A stretch of 64,000 nucleotides of DNA from Octopus sinensis (taxonomy: Eukaryota), in assembly GCF_006345805.1 (NCBI RefSeq), contig NC_043001.1:117552001-117616000 (forward strand), read 5' to 3'. Shown piece by piece: positions 51,300 to 64,000 of the stretch. The notes beneath the pieces were generated by a model. The model saw nothing but the letters and a program-made list of their open reading frames with translations. It did not search any database and was not told the DNA's origin. Position numbers and translations under genes: made by a program. The stretch's first letter is position 1. Each line of letters begins with the position of its first letter.

Positions 51300-54200
51300 G
51301 AAGTGAGGAATATGCCTGGGATGGAGAGTTGTCAGGGTAAAAACTGCAAACATACTACTGGAAGTAGATTTCTGGTGGGTGGCGGATTGTGTTACGCTGG
51401 AGGAGTCTAGCACACTGTTAAAAATGAAAAGATTTCGAAAGAAAAAAAATTAGTTGGAATGGGGATGTAGATCCGGAGTCACTGGACAGAACTCCAACTT
51501 AAAAGAAATGCCAGCAATTGCAGCCAGTAGGGACGAGTGGAAGGCCTAGATGCCACAATTTTGACAACACCAATCACCACGAGGTCTTCTTACTCCAGCA
51601 ACAACAGAAAATGACTGCAGATAGAAATCCTTCACTACTACCAACACAAATAAACAAAGCTAACAGCAGCAACAGCAGCATAAACAAAAGCTTGCAACCG
51701 CAGCAACAGTAGATGTAGTGCCAGCTGCAGAAATGGAAGCAACACCTAGAGCAACAACAACTCTAACAGTGTAAGCAACAGCAACAGAAGCAATAAAGAA
51801 GTACCGCTCTCAAAGACTGTCACATCACTGACAACAACACAACAGCAACAGAAAACCCGATAGAAACTGAAAAAAAAAGGAAACAGAACAAAACCCCACA
51901 AACTCCTTAAGAAATACCTCAGCCCGCTTCGACCCATACAGATATGCATGACAGCGGTGATGAGGAGAACTCTAAATGAGAAATAGTGTCCAATAGAGAG
52001 AAAAGTAAAGAACATTATCCTAACAAACACGCTGGGAGATTTGAACGAACGTGAGAGATGCAATTAAACAGGGATAAACTAACGTCAGCCCAAACAACAA
52101 ATACTATCAATACCATCATCACAACCATCACCACCAACTAAAACAACAAACACATTACAAAAACAAGCACAATTTAAATCAGATCCGCACCAACAGCCAG
52201 AGCATCACTCGCAATACTAACAGAGAAATATCTAAACGGTTATACATTGAAGCAGGACAGAAATTAAGAACTTCATACATCGACATACAAATATCAGACT
52301 GGAAAACTACGCCACAACAACAAATAGGATAATGACTCAACACAAAACAGATATAACCTTTAAAAAAACAAATGTTCCAACGGAATAGAGGATTTCTGAA
52401 GGAATGTCAACAGTCTTATTTGTAGAAACACCCAGACGGTACAGAGATCCTTCCACAAGAATAAATAAAGTGGCCCTTCTCACTTTCTTTTGTCTAACAT
52501 TGCCTTATATAGAATAAGCAGTGGGAATGCACGTGGACTTAGAGCACCTTAGAAGCAAGAGGACCGGCTCAACGACAACTACGGGCTGTAGGAATATGCA
52601 AGCAAGTTGCGAGTGAGAGTCGGCGCTGCTGTGTTATTTTTGGAAAAGTCTGGATAATCTTCCTTGACTAAGATGGTACTGGACGTGACCTGCAGCGATG
52701 GTCTATACCTTAATACTAGTAGATTTTTACTTCCTAACAGAGGTGGGGCAAGTAGATTTCTTCGGATTTCTGGACGTCATTTTAGAAACTTCCCGCTCTT
52801 TAATGATAGTGGGTTATTGGAATGTACACTTGAACTGAATATACACTTGAACGCACACCTGAATTGTCTGAGGTACAAAAGTCTCAAAAACCTACTCAAA
52901 CGTTTCCGACTACCTGACAGTTACTGAGTGGATTTCTCGAATGTGTCAATGTGAACATGGACAAACTACATCAGGCCATCCAGATTGTATCTAGATAGAA
53001 TATTCTGGAGGACAACTGAAAGGGATAACGTAGCATATCCACAATTCAAAGTGATCAGCTATACAGATCATACACTTGTAATCTGTACGGTCAACCACGA
53101 TCGGTTTCATTCGCAGTGACCCGGTACTGGAAGTTGAATCCATCCTTCCTGGCGGGCCAAACGTAAAGAGACCAGATTAGCGAATTACAATAGCAGGTGT
53201 TGACACGGATAATCGTCATCAAAAATAATGGTTCGCCTTGAAAAGGATGATTAGAATAAAAATGATAGGTTTTAGTGGTGATAATTTTTAGTAGCAATAG
53301 AAAAGACTAAACTAGAGAGGTAACCTACGTAGAAATCTAGAAGTGGCGCTCAGAAAATGCATGACGATTGACATGTTTGCAGTAATATAGACCTTTGACT
53401 ACTTCAACGGGAAGGTTATCAGTGCTAAAGCACATGCTCTGAGACACGGGGGCACGAAAGTTGTTTGATTAGCTTGAGTAGTGGAGGCGCAGCATATCAA
53501 TAAATCTACAATACGGTCTTTGGTGGTTCATGATGAACATGTACTACTCGATTCCAAGCATATGAATGCACTTTTTCAGCAGAAATTGAGTCGGTTGTTC
53601 GAGATGAACGGCAGATCGGATTGCAGGAGGGAGTTCAGCGCCAACCTCGATGGCCCGCTGCGACTGTAGCAATAGGCGTGGAATATTACGAAAGGTCGTA
53701 ACAGCCTCTAAAATATAGGAAAGGATGGCCAGCTTGATCTTCCCAGTAAACTTTAAGCATATATGTCATTCTTGTTCGGTGTGACATATGTCTATCGCAA
53801 CTACCTGCAAAACGAGAGAAATCAGTCTCTGTGAGACGAGATGCGATGATGTTTCTGAAAAAGTACAATATAAGGAGTGCCACATCGATTATTTTCGGCC
53901 CACATAGTTTGTTCCCTTGGTTTTATGAAAGAGGCACGTTCCATTAGTTTAGACGGATTATCTGCCGTCAACGTCCGCATCATGGAGAGCTGAACATAAC
54001 GTAGTTAATGATGTGCAGACATGCCCTGAAATTACATCTCCAATGATTCATTGCACATTTATGGTCGCCAATTGTCTGCTGCGTTTTTTCCACTGCTCGT
54101 CTCTTTGACAAAGCTGAAATCCTTGATCAAGTTGCGTTTGAAAAGGAAACTGAGGGTAGAGAGGTAAGTGCTGCTTTCCAGCAAATTCGTTGAAAAGTGG

Positions 54201-54450
54201 ATGACAGTGGAGAACACGGTCTGAGTAAATGGGCTCGACTGAGCACGCGTTCTTAGAATTAGAGAACAATTTAGAGATGGTGTTTGTCTCAGCGATCAGG
54301 GTGACCATCCTGGTACCACTACCACCTTTTTCATCGACAACTACTGTTTTACATCTCAAACTAACCTGTCATACCTATCGACTTTTCGTTCTTCCTTATC
54401 GCATACCTTGTTGTCAGCTGGGTATGCTATATCTATGATCCAGCATAATT
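51300..54450 (+). pseudogene. Degenerate Tx1/L1-type LINE: putative ORF1 plus ORF2 with APE endonuclease, RT core deleted
   Basis: GNARGLRAP (52523), MIVGYWNVHL (GDWN motif), TWTN..YLDRI, SYTDH, YWKLNPSFL, DYFRP, C-terminal LKRKLRVER*VLLSSKFVEKW; upstream GRPRCH...H knuckle-like remnant (ORF1 assignment weak). Confidence 0.75.
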
Positions 54451-54841
54451 TGTTTTCTTTCTCAATTAAGACTATGTCTAGCTTCTTATTCTTTATCTCA
54501 TGGTCTCAGTGAATCATAAAATCCCACAGGATCTTTGCATTTTTATTTTCGATGATGCCTTCGGGTTTATGGTCGTACCAATTTTTTTCTCTGTCAAGAC
54601 CATATTTGTTGCAAAGCGTCCAATGGACAATCATTGCTATATTGCGATTACCCCTGCTTCATATCCAGGGAGTGAAATTGCTCAGGTGTTGATAGCTTCA
54701 ATCTTATTCTGTCACTTTAATTTCGACTTAAGGATCAATCAGTCTCAGTCCGTGCAAGTACTCCACCTTAAATTTCTCTAGTCATTTCCTTTTCCATCAA
54801 TTTATCCATTTCCCATATCTCCAAATACTTATAGCCCGTCT

Positions 54842-54928
<87 letters not shown>

Positions 54929-54929
54929 T

Positions 54930-55781
54930 TATTATTATTATTTAGACGTCGCACAGTATACAACATCGTGATGTTGTTGATTGAAGATATGGTGCCTACC
55001 GGGGGTTTTGTACTGTCTGTCATGTCACAACAAGGATCTCAGACAGACAGTACTTTACGCAATATGCGTGCAGTTCCAAGAAATGCCGACTTCTGCAGTA
55101 CATCTGCATTGTAGGATATTTCTAAGGTTTTCAGATGTATTTTCAGATTGGGTGGTATTGAACCAAATGCTCCGATGACAATAAGGATAACCTTTATGTT
55201 TGGCTCTCCTAGGGGCCACATCTTAGCGATCTCAATTTTCAGCTCTCCATATTTATCTTTCTTTCAGGATGATATGTTGATCTCCTGGCACTGCCACGTC
55301 GATTATTAGGCACTCTTGTTTGTCCTTCGTAAAGGTTACTATATCCGGCCTTCTGACTGGAAATCAAAGTCCCAGAGGATTTTTGCCTTCCCCTTTTCGT
55401 CTATTACCTTTTCTGGTGTATATTGGTACCAAGCACCCGTAACCTCATATCCACACTTACGGCATAGTAGCCAGTGGAGGTTTTGGGGCTACCTTGTCGT
55501 GTCTACGCTTGTACTCTTTCTACGCAAGACTTTCACAAGCACTGACAATGTGAGTCACGCTTTCGACCCTCTTTTCACACATTCTGCAGAGGTCCGATCC
55601 ACTCGTGTGGTATATATCACTTTCCACTGAGTTGGTATTCAATGCCTGGTTCTGGGACGCGATGATTAGGCTTTCGGTCTTCTTTTTTAGGTCACCCTTG
55701 TTGAGCCACCATGATGCTTCCTGGTCTTTTAATTTGTTACTTTCACGGTGGATTGACGATATAATTCCATACGGAATAGAG

Positions 55782-55785
<4 letters not shown>
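54930..55785 (-). pseudogene. R4/Dong-clade 3' fragment (third subfamily)
   Basis: GDLKKKTESLIIASQNQAL, CRMCEKRVESVTHIVSAC, RRHDKV, KILWDF, RPDIV, LQKSAFLGTARILRKVLSV*; (AAT)n(AAG)n tail. Confidence 0.9.
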
Positions 55786-55834
<49 letters not shown>

Positions 55835-55925
55835 GCTGTTCTTGATCAGAATTCAGGAGCACTCTCAAGTCCATTTTTGTTAACTCCTTCTAGTATTATT
55901 ATTATTATTATTACTATAATTATTA

Positions 55926-55993
<68 letters not shown>

Positions 55994-56526
55994 CATTATT
56001 ATTATTATTGTCGACATCATATTTATTATTATTATTATTTTAGGAAGAAGAATGAAAAAAGAAAAAGGCAGACGTTGAAGAACATGAAACGTAAAAATAC
56101 AAAAAACAAAGATATGTGATGTGAGAGTAAAATATGTCTTTTTTCTTCCAGTAAAACACATTTCTCGTTTCTTTGAAGTAAGATAAAATCGGAGCTTCTC
56201 TATTCTCACGGCACAGCTGCTCAACTTATTTTAAGTATTACCCAAAACCTTGGATTTCTCTTCTTTCTCAAAGCAGAAAATTTATTGAACCGTTTGAACG
56301 CTTTTCATTGCCTTTTTCCTAACGCACACCAATAATGTCCTCGAATTCTACCGTTTTGTATCGTTCACCACCGCTACCAGCTTTCTTAAATTCAGTTATT
56401 TTACTACATCAAGGGGATATTTTTTCTGAAATGAGATACTGTATGGTGATACGCTTTGTTTTATATGATTTGAAGAAGTCTGTTATTCTATAAAACATGT
56501 TACGTGGGTTAAACATTATTTTATAG

Positions 56527-56755
56527 TATGGAGACGCGTGGGTTAGTAGTTAGTGGTGTTCAGTTTATGATTGTAAGGTCTTGGGTTCAGTTACTGGACC
56601 GAGCATCGTATTGGGTCCTTAAACAAAGCACTTCACTTCCCGTTGCTCAAGTCCTTTTTTTCCCCTCCACCTGTCACAACCTGGACATTCCGTTCGGTGA
56701 AGAGAGAATGGTCCGAGTAGATGTCTATGCTCTCAGCTATATGGGCACCTAAAAC
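56527..56755 (+). mobile_element. Degenerate tRNA/CORE-like SINE
   Basis: gtgggttagtagttag, gggttcagttac, ccttaaacaaagcacttcacttc. Confidence 0.5.
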
Positions 56756-58306
56756 AGTTGGCGAAAGCATAGTTATGGCTGTACTCTACTGAATGTTATG
56801 GAATAAAAGAACTTTGTGGTATCATATAAAAATACAAAATTTTGACGTTATAATATAGAAAACAATCAGTCTTAAGGAATAATATGAAATGTTATATCAT
56901 GGTGTATTTTAAGGAATGAACAAGTAGTGGATACTGTATTGTGTAGTGTTGTGTCGCATGTCGTAGCATTGTGCTGTCAATAATATGACAGTTTGCACAA
57001 AAATCACGACAATCTCACAAATGACATATATTGAAAAAAAAAATCTCTTGTCGTGAAGCAAGGTTAGGTCTGAACCCTAAGGGCTGAGTGATCGACTCGG
57101 CGGGATACTTTACTGATAATCTCGTTTCATCTCACGAGATAATAGCAAAGATGAACAAAATGAAATATCAGCTGCATGGAAAACACTTCATCAACTATGG
57201 AAACTCCACCACCGCCACCTCCTCCTCACCAAAGTCATCTTCTACCATCATGAAATCACCAATATATTTACATCTCATACAATACCAATCCTACAAACCC
57301 AACTCCACCCTAGTTTCCTCCACTTCCACTGCCACCATTACTTTCTCAACAGCCATTATCATCATTGTGATAGCGCCATTGTTACCGTTGCCATTATCAT
57401 CATCATCACGAAGGCACTCTGGAAAGCGGCATTATACAAATGTAGACATTTAGACAAATTTTTCTCATACTTTTCCACCCTGGTGTCCCTAAATTAGAAG
57501 TTGTGAGCTTCAGCTCATATAAATCAGCTTTCTACTTAACTTTTTCATGGCCTTTAAAAATTTAAAGTATTATTCTTTTTTATTGATTCAATGAAGAGAC
57601 ATAACATCTTAATTTATATATAAAAAAAAACATGAATTTTGTATTCTTATTTTGCTGCAGGTGTTAAGTTACGCCTGAAGTGCAAGAAATGTTTGATTCT
57701 TTTGTAAATAGAATTTGCAACTAAATGTAATTTTCTTTTTTGAATGCATACCCTTATATAGGTTAATCGCGATTTTAAAAGGAAAAGTAAGAAAATCCTT
57801 TGCGTTTGACCTAATGGGGTCGGCGAATAGTAGAAATAAAGCAGTAAAAGTGACACATGCCAATATCATGTTCTATATTGCAGTATTTTTCTGATTCAAA
57901 TCTCGTCCAACTTGATTCAGTTTCAGTTTATTTAAGGACCGATAGAACAAGTAACACTGTATTATATTAATGTTAATTAACTATAATGAAAACACCACTA
58001 AATCATATTATAGATGTGTTGAGGCTAAATGGTTAAATATATATAACCTTTAAAATGAATACAGTGGTCGTGAGTTGATATCTACCGCATGGGTTATTAA
58101 TGTTACATTTTTCAGTTCACTTAGCTATGGGAAATAGATATCAAATCGAGAAATCTCACCAAAACAGACGTTCCATCCGACGGATTTATGTTTCATTTAT
58201 TTAACACTATGAAATTGGTCCTAAGCATTGAGCATTTAATCTTTTGGCGACATTTTACTTCAGATATGCAATGACAAAGAATCATGACAAATGTAAAATG
58301 AAATGA

Positions 58307-58562
58307 AAACAAGAGCACTCGAAGAGCGCAAACCTCCGCCAACGCAACACCAACGTCCTCTCCATGATTAACCGGAAATGATTTTTAAAATGAGAATATT
58401 TGAAATAAAATCCTTCAGTGAATATCATGAGACCTTTTGGTTTTCTCTTCTCTTAAATTCCGGTCTCCCTTTAGTAATCCTGTTGTTTTAGATCGATGTA
58501 TAGAATTATGTATGTATCTAAGTATACTGTAAAGTGTTAGTCTCCTAATATAATAATGAGCA

Positions 58563-58616
<54 letters not shown>

Positions 58617-59148
58617 CGAGAGAGAGCCGGAGTGAGAGGTGAAGGTAGAGGAGATAAATGATGGCAAAGAGAGCGTCGTATGAATGAGGAAGGAAAGGGT
58701 GATAGATGAATAACGAAGGAAGGAGTGAAAAAGCCGATAAACGGCGTTTGAAGTGTGAGTATATGTTTGTGTAAAAGAGAGGTATGCTTGCGTGCGTGTG
58801 TGCGTGCGTGTGTGTGTGTGTGTGTGTGTACAATGGAAATTGGATGGTATTGCTCAACGCTGAAAATGTGTGAGTATATGAGTGTATGTGTGTCCGTGTA
58901 CCAGAGAACTATGTGAAACTACATATACATGTAAAGTAAAGAAAATCTCAAAAATAATCCAGAATCCTGGTCCGGTAGCAGATCGATCCCAAAATCAAGC
59001 CAGTTCATGCCAGTAACGAGGCCAAACATCACTGAAAGTTTCATCCAAATCCATCCAGCGATTCTTGAGATTTCTTGTCCACTGACAAACAAACAAACAA
59101 AGAAGACTGAAAACCATACCTCCGCCTTCGCTAAGGCGGGGGTGATAA
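58307..59148 (-). mobile_element. Helentron-associated/DINE-1-like element (~840 bp)
   Basis: Minus 5' end ttatcacccccgccttagcgaaggcggagg (subTIR plus hairpin), (GTTT)n, ggatttggatgaaactttca core; 3' end ggcggaggtttgcgctcttcgagtgc (subTIR plus stem-loop) then a T-run. Confidence 0.75.
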
Positions 59149-59881
59149 TGACTAAAATTATTACACGGTAAACTGTAGTCTTCATTTCATAAATTTCAAC
59201 GGTTTTACGTTATACACGAACACAATAGAAAAGTCATGGAATTTCATCAATTATCTCTTTTTGACTTACAAGAATTTACTTGATGTTTTTGAAACATAAT
59301 GTATGGATAATCTATCCAATGCGGACTATAGCCGACCGTGTATTGATTCGGCATTTCATATCCTTTCATTTTGTTGCTCGCCATTTCATGTAAATAAAAT
59401 AGAAAATAGTCATTCTTTTTCGTACTTCGGGGGTTTATAAAAATTTATAATGTTTATGATTATAAGTAAATGCTTTGAATAAAACGTAAAAGTTTAGAAT
59501 TCCATGATCACGTGAGAGTGAAAGAAGTAGATCTAATCCAATGTTTCTGAAAATAAACAAAGACTCGATAATATCCTACTGCAAATATATGTGCAAACAT
59601 ACGTCTATACAAACAAAACATGCAGATATAATAATTCCTGTCTTGAACACTGATAATATTAATTATTTCACTAAACTTATTCAATGAGAACGTTCAATAT
59701 ATTAGCCAGTTGTGCTTTGGACTAGTTTAACGTCATTACGATGCAAAGCTATATTTAGTTCAGTCACAATAAATAGCTAAGTTTCGCGAATAACTTGACT
59801 ATAATGCTAGGAATCATAATCTCCAGTGACTGATCCTGGATGCTCGTAACCAAAAGTTTGAAAGACAAAAACATTTAGCCT

Positions 59882-60326
59882 GAATCTTTTCGGTTTGAAC
59901 GGCAGTTTTTCCTAGCGGTGTCATATGAAATTGTCACCCATAATTATGACCCTAGTATCGATCTATTCCATTTCAATCTGTTTTAGGGTTAGGGTTAGTT
60001 AGGGTTAGATAGGATTAGGGTTAGGGGTGGGGGGAAGAGTATCTTTTTTTCTTCACAAATGTAAATAAACCCAATCTGTTTCTTAAACGAGGGACATATT
60101 CATACGGCACGGAATATTTTTTTACCTCAAGAGACGTCAGTGATTGGTTGAAATTGCAGAAATTGAAGAAAAAACAACAACAAATATCTTACAAACTATA
60201 GAATTTTCTCAATAAAGCCAAGAGAAAAAGATGTTTTATAAGCACATTCTACCAGTATACGAAGTTTAAAATTTTTTAGTTACCTAGAAATTATGTTAAA
60301 AACTGCCGTTCAAACCGAAAAGATCC
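59882..60326. mobile_element. MITE, 29-bp TIRs, 8-bp TSD, internal TTAGGG repeats
   Basis: gaatcttttcggtttgaacggcagttttt / aaaaactgccgttcaaaccgaaaagatcc (1 mismatch); TTTAGCCT duplicated at 59874-59881 and 60327-60334. Confidence 0.95.
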
Positions 60327-62894
60327 TTTAGCCTTTTCGTAGATGTGAATTCTTGAGACGATCTGAAGAGTGAATCTCTAAATATTCTGTCCTCTCATCC
60401 GAAGGGATTGCATTTCTCTAATTACTGATGTCTTTTATCACCTTTAAAAAGAGGTCAACTTATAGATAAACCATAGCTTTCTGAAAAGCAAAAAAAGAGA
60501 GTCTCTAGAAACGCCGCACTACTAAAAGAATTCAAGGTAATTTTTTTGTTCGGCATGCCACTCAAAAAGTTCCACGGGCCACAGTTTGCTCATGACTGCT
60601 TTACGGCCTGCAAGAAATATCATCCAAATCTCAAAGCACATCCTAATCATCTTATAAAATGAATGACTTGTTTGTTAAAAACGACTACATAGTTGGATCA
60701 TATTTGCCCATAGATCTTGTTTTGTTAGGACTCACTTAGAATTTAACAGCAGTTACAACAGCAACAATAACCAACACTTGGCTTTTCATCAAGTTGTACT
60801 CATTCTGTTTGACTCTTATGCCTCAACACCGAATTTAGAATTTATTTTCTGCACTCCACTCTCTGAGGAACTTGTATTTTCTCCTCTGTTTCTTGCCAGG
60901 CATTCTCTTTTTTTCTCTCCGGAACCAGATATATAGTCTTTTATTCCCAAAACTGACGGTATGTGAAATTTCTAACTGCTTCATACTTCAATACTGTAGT
61001 TTCGAATATAAAATTTTCTCATTAACCGTATCAAACATATTTACCGCGTCCATTATAAATTCTAATCAACCTCATGAGCTATTAAAAAGGTTTTTCTTTT
61101 TTTTTCTATACAACGATACAAACTGCAGAGGTACATTCTTCACGCGTTTCAGACGCTACATATGAGATTGGTGATAAAATAATTATTAATAGTGTCGTTA
61201 ATAGACGTAAGGAAGACAGGCTCAGGCCTCAAGATTTTCAACTAATTATAAATTCTTAACCCGTGCTCAATAATATCTCTCTCCCTCCTTCCCCATCTCC
61301 CCTCTCTCTCTCTCTCTCCCTCCCTCTCTCCAAATCTAATTTCGCATTGTGCATATTGATATTAATGAGTTTTGCAAGATTTCAGCTTTTGGGCGAGAAA
61401 ACGTGACGTCCACATCTTTTAATATTAATTATCCTCTCACCTGCTTTTATTATATTAAGCCCACCCTAAACAGAGCAGTGGATTGGAAGAATTGTCAGTC
61501 AGTCGGACAAAACACTTTGCTTATTTTTTCCCGGCTTTTATCTTTTGCTTGCATATCCTACCGATGTCACTTTTACCTTTCATCATTTTAGAGTCCATAT
61601 AATAACTTACAAATTGCGTATAGGGTCCATGCAATCGACTAAACCCCTTTCAACATTCTGGCCTTGTTCCTTTGGAAAAGAACCAATATATTGACACCTT
61701 TTCTGAATCATATATATAAAATGATTGTGCAAGCGCAGACAATTTCAACTCTTTGCCAGTCATGTGAGACGAGAGACCGTTTTAGTATAAGCGTTGAGCT
61801 GGGAGTGCATCTTTATTGATAAAAATGAATGACTGTGGGGACTTGGTCGTCGTCTGCTTTCAAATTTGAATGATGGCGAAAATGTATCCACTGTTAGGGG
61901 CCTCTGAACTAGAAAATTAAAATCAAACCGATTGAGTGCTGTGCAGTAATAATGCCTTTTACATCGAAATATCGCCCCTACCCTAATTGTTCACCTTTCC
62001 ACTGTTTACTGAAGTCAGTTTTGACCATTATGAAGTTGTTTTCCAGGTTTTGAAAATCTTCTTCGCTTACTTTTTGGATAGTGATAAAATACAAGGCGGT
62101 CTTAGCTAGATCGCTTTTGATCACAGAACTGCACGATCAACAGTGACTTGGGACTACAAAACAGTGACGTAATTGACTCACTAAAGTCTATGAGTCACTA
62201 ACGATAATTCTATACAAATAACTTAAACACGCTAAGAAAAACAATACCCAAAGCTGTCTCAAATAATACTGAATATCTTTTTAAAGGATTAATGGCATAT
62301 GTCCTGCTGGTCATTCTAATGTTGCACCCTATGTAAAAGGCTATTTCACAGGATATTTGTTTTATGCTTTTGTAGTTAATTTATTGAGTTGGACGATTCC
62401 TAGAATCAGTGATGAATCTCTTCGAACGTAGCATTAGTTTGTTAGAGGGGCATTTTGATATCATTGTTCACGAATATACAGAAAGGGATGATGATGCGAC
62501 AGATTGTGACAGGAAAAATCGTAATAGTTTTCGCGTAAATATAAATTTCTAAACTTGACATTGGGTGATACATCGTAGACGAGAAAATCAATTATATCAA
62601 TTCCAATACTTGATTAGGGTTGATTTATAGATAAATGAATGGCAAATTTGATTTGCGGGAAATTTAAACTGGAAGCGTGAAGGGTAAAAACTATACGCCG
62701 CATGACATTTTTCCGAATCTCTAGAGAGATTCTGCTAATCCCACATAATCAAATTCAGATGAGAGACAGTTTGTAGTAATGTACATATCCGTTTCTTTCT
62801 ATATATAGACAAAATTTTAGATGTGTCAGCCTTAATATGTAGTTTTTATACAGAAGGCTTTGAGATTAAGGTGAAGCATATCTAAATATGGTCA

Positions 62895-63060
62895 CAAGCA
62901 TAGCTGTGTAGTTAAAAAATTCGACTGGCAACTACGTAGTTTGGTGTTCAATTCCACCATACAGCACTTTACGAAAGCGATTTCTGCTATAACTTCGGAT
63001 CGACCTCAACCTTTTGAGTAAAATTTACTAAATGGAAACTGTGTGGAAGCTTGTCAACAG
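62895..63060 (+). mobile_element. SINE family C head/core, degenerate
   Basis: gctgtgtagttaa...tggtgttcaattccac...ttctgctataacttcggatcgacc...ggaaactgtgtggaagc. Confidence 0.6.
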
Positions 63061-63374
63061 AATTCTTGAGTGATAGATTTAATTTGTCTCCTAGGACTTG
63101 GATGATAGATTTAATTCGTCACCTATTTTAACTCCAACAACTGGCCTATGGGGTGCTTTTAGTGAAGTACACTTTATTACAAGCGTTCCAGCAAGATTTC
63201 TGGTGTGGGGATGAGTTCCTCCCTTGCTCTCAAAATCATGCACATCTGACTAAGCCATTAAAAGAACTCGAATGTAGTTGCAACATTAGTTGTCTCTGAA
63301 AGTAGCATCTAAAGAAAATAATTTGGGAGAGCGTATTCAAACTATAATATCTCTTTCATTAATATCAGTGTCCA

Positions 63375-63560
63375 CGCGCCAGGCGAAATGTCTCGCGATA
63401 TTTCGCGGTACGTTCTGAGTTCAAATTCCGCCGAGGTCGCCTTTGCCTTTCATCCTTTCGGGGTCGAGCAATTAAGTACCAGTGAAACACTGGGGTCGAT
63501 GTAATCGACTTGTCCACTCCCCCTGAAGTTCAGGCCTTTTGCCTTTAGTAGAGAGGATTA
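63375..63560 (+). mobile_element. SINE family A, 5'-truncated
   Basis: gttctgagttcaaattccgccgaggtcgcctttgcctttcatcctttcggggtcg...caggccttttgcctttagtagagaggatta. Confidence 0.9.
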
Positions 63561-63785
63561 GTATCAGTGTTCACGATTATAAGAACAATTACCACATACA
63601 TACATACATACATTCATACATACATACATACATACATACATACATACATACATACAATACATACATACATACATACATGCATACATACATACATACATAC
63701 ATACATACATACATACTTGCATACATACATACATACATACATACATACATACATACATACATACATACATACATACATACATTCG

Positions 63786-64000
63786 ATTGGGGTACCCAAA
63801 AGAAACCGGAAGTTTGCTACTTAGCTTCATATGTTCACACATTTACCGCCTCCAAAGTATTCTCCATTTGAAGGAATGCATCGGTCCAGACGCGTTTTCC
63901 ACTGTCCGAAGCAGTCCTGGAACTCTTGCGAAATGATACCTTTCAATGATTCCGCCGTATTTTTCCTCACCTCTTCCACATGTGCAAAACGTTTTCTTTT
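63786..64000 (-). pseudogene. mariner transposase C-terminus and right end (continues past the window)
   Basis: Minus strand KRFAHVEEVRKNTAESLKGIISQEFQDCFGQWKTRLDRCIPSNGEYF; TIR-like ggggtacccaaaagaaaccgg at ~63790. Confidence 0.8.

Noticed and set aside
51420-51590. RTE C-terminus (AASRDEWK)
   Set aside because: The neighbouring frame gives GRPRCH...H, and the position upstream of an APE domain fits Tx1 ORF1 better; neither reading is secure
57640-57710. Strong-looking splice acceptor followed by VKLRLKCKKCLILL*
   Set aside because: A single short frame with no recognisable homology or partner exon

Overview
AT-rich, repeat-saturated eukaryotic DNA. The SINE families, the extreme microsatellite load and the LINE clades look like an octopus (coleoid cephalopod) genome; this is recognised from the repeat landscape, not from a database search. 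I find no host protein-coding gene, rRNA, bona fide tRNA or CRISPR array, and most long ORFs in the track are microsatellite translations. The window is intergenic or intronic DNA built from decayed mobile elements: five R4/Dong-clade RLE retrotransposon fragments nearly all bounded by (TAA)n, two CR1-type RT relics, two Tx1/L1-type relics, a Helitron helicase relic, a non-autonomous Helitron with intact termini, two Helentron/DINE-1-like elements, a hAT transposase relic, two mariner ends, a TTAGGG-carrying MITE, and more than 25 tRNA-derived SINE copies from several families. The most interesting signals are: (1) a defined-length ~560-bp non-tRNA element ('element X') found only in TAA repeats, twice fused in frame to Dong coding sequence, a possible Dong-parasitic retroposon; (2) a 52-bp x ~15.5 array of STAT/ETS-like dyads welded between two different LINE relics; (3) a SINE family that shares its 3' tail with a Tx1 LINE and forms self-nested tandem arrays; (4) several unexplained perfect hairpins. 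Boundaries of degenerate elements are approximate, and the long ATT tracts look error-prone.
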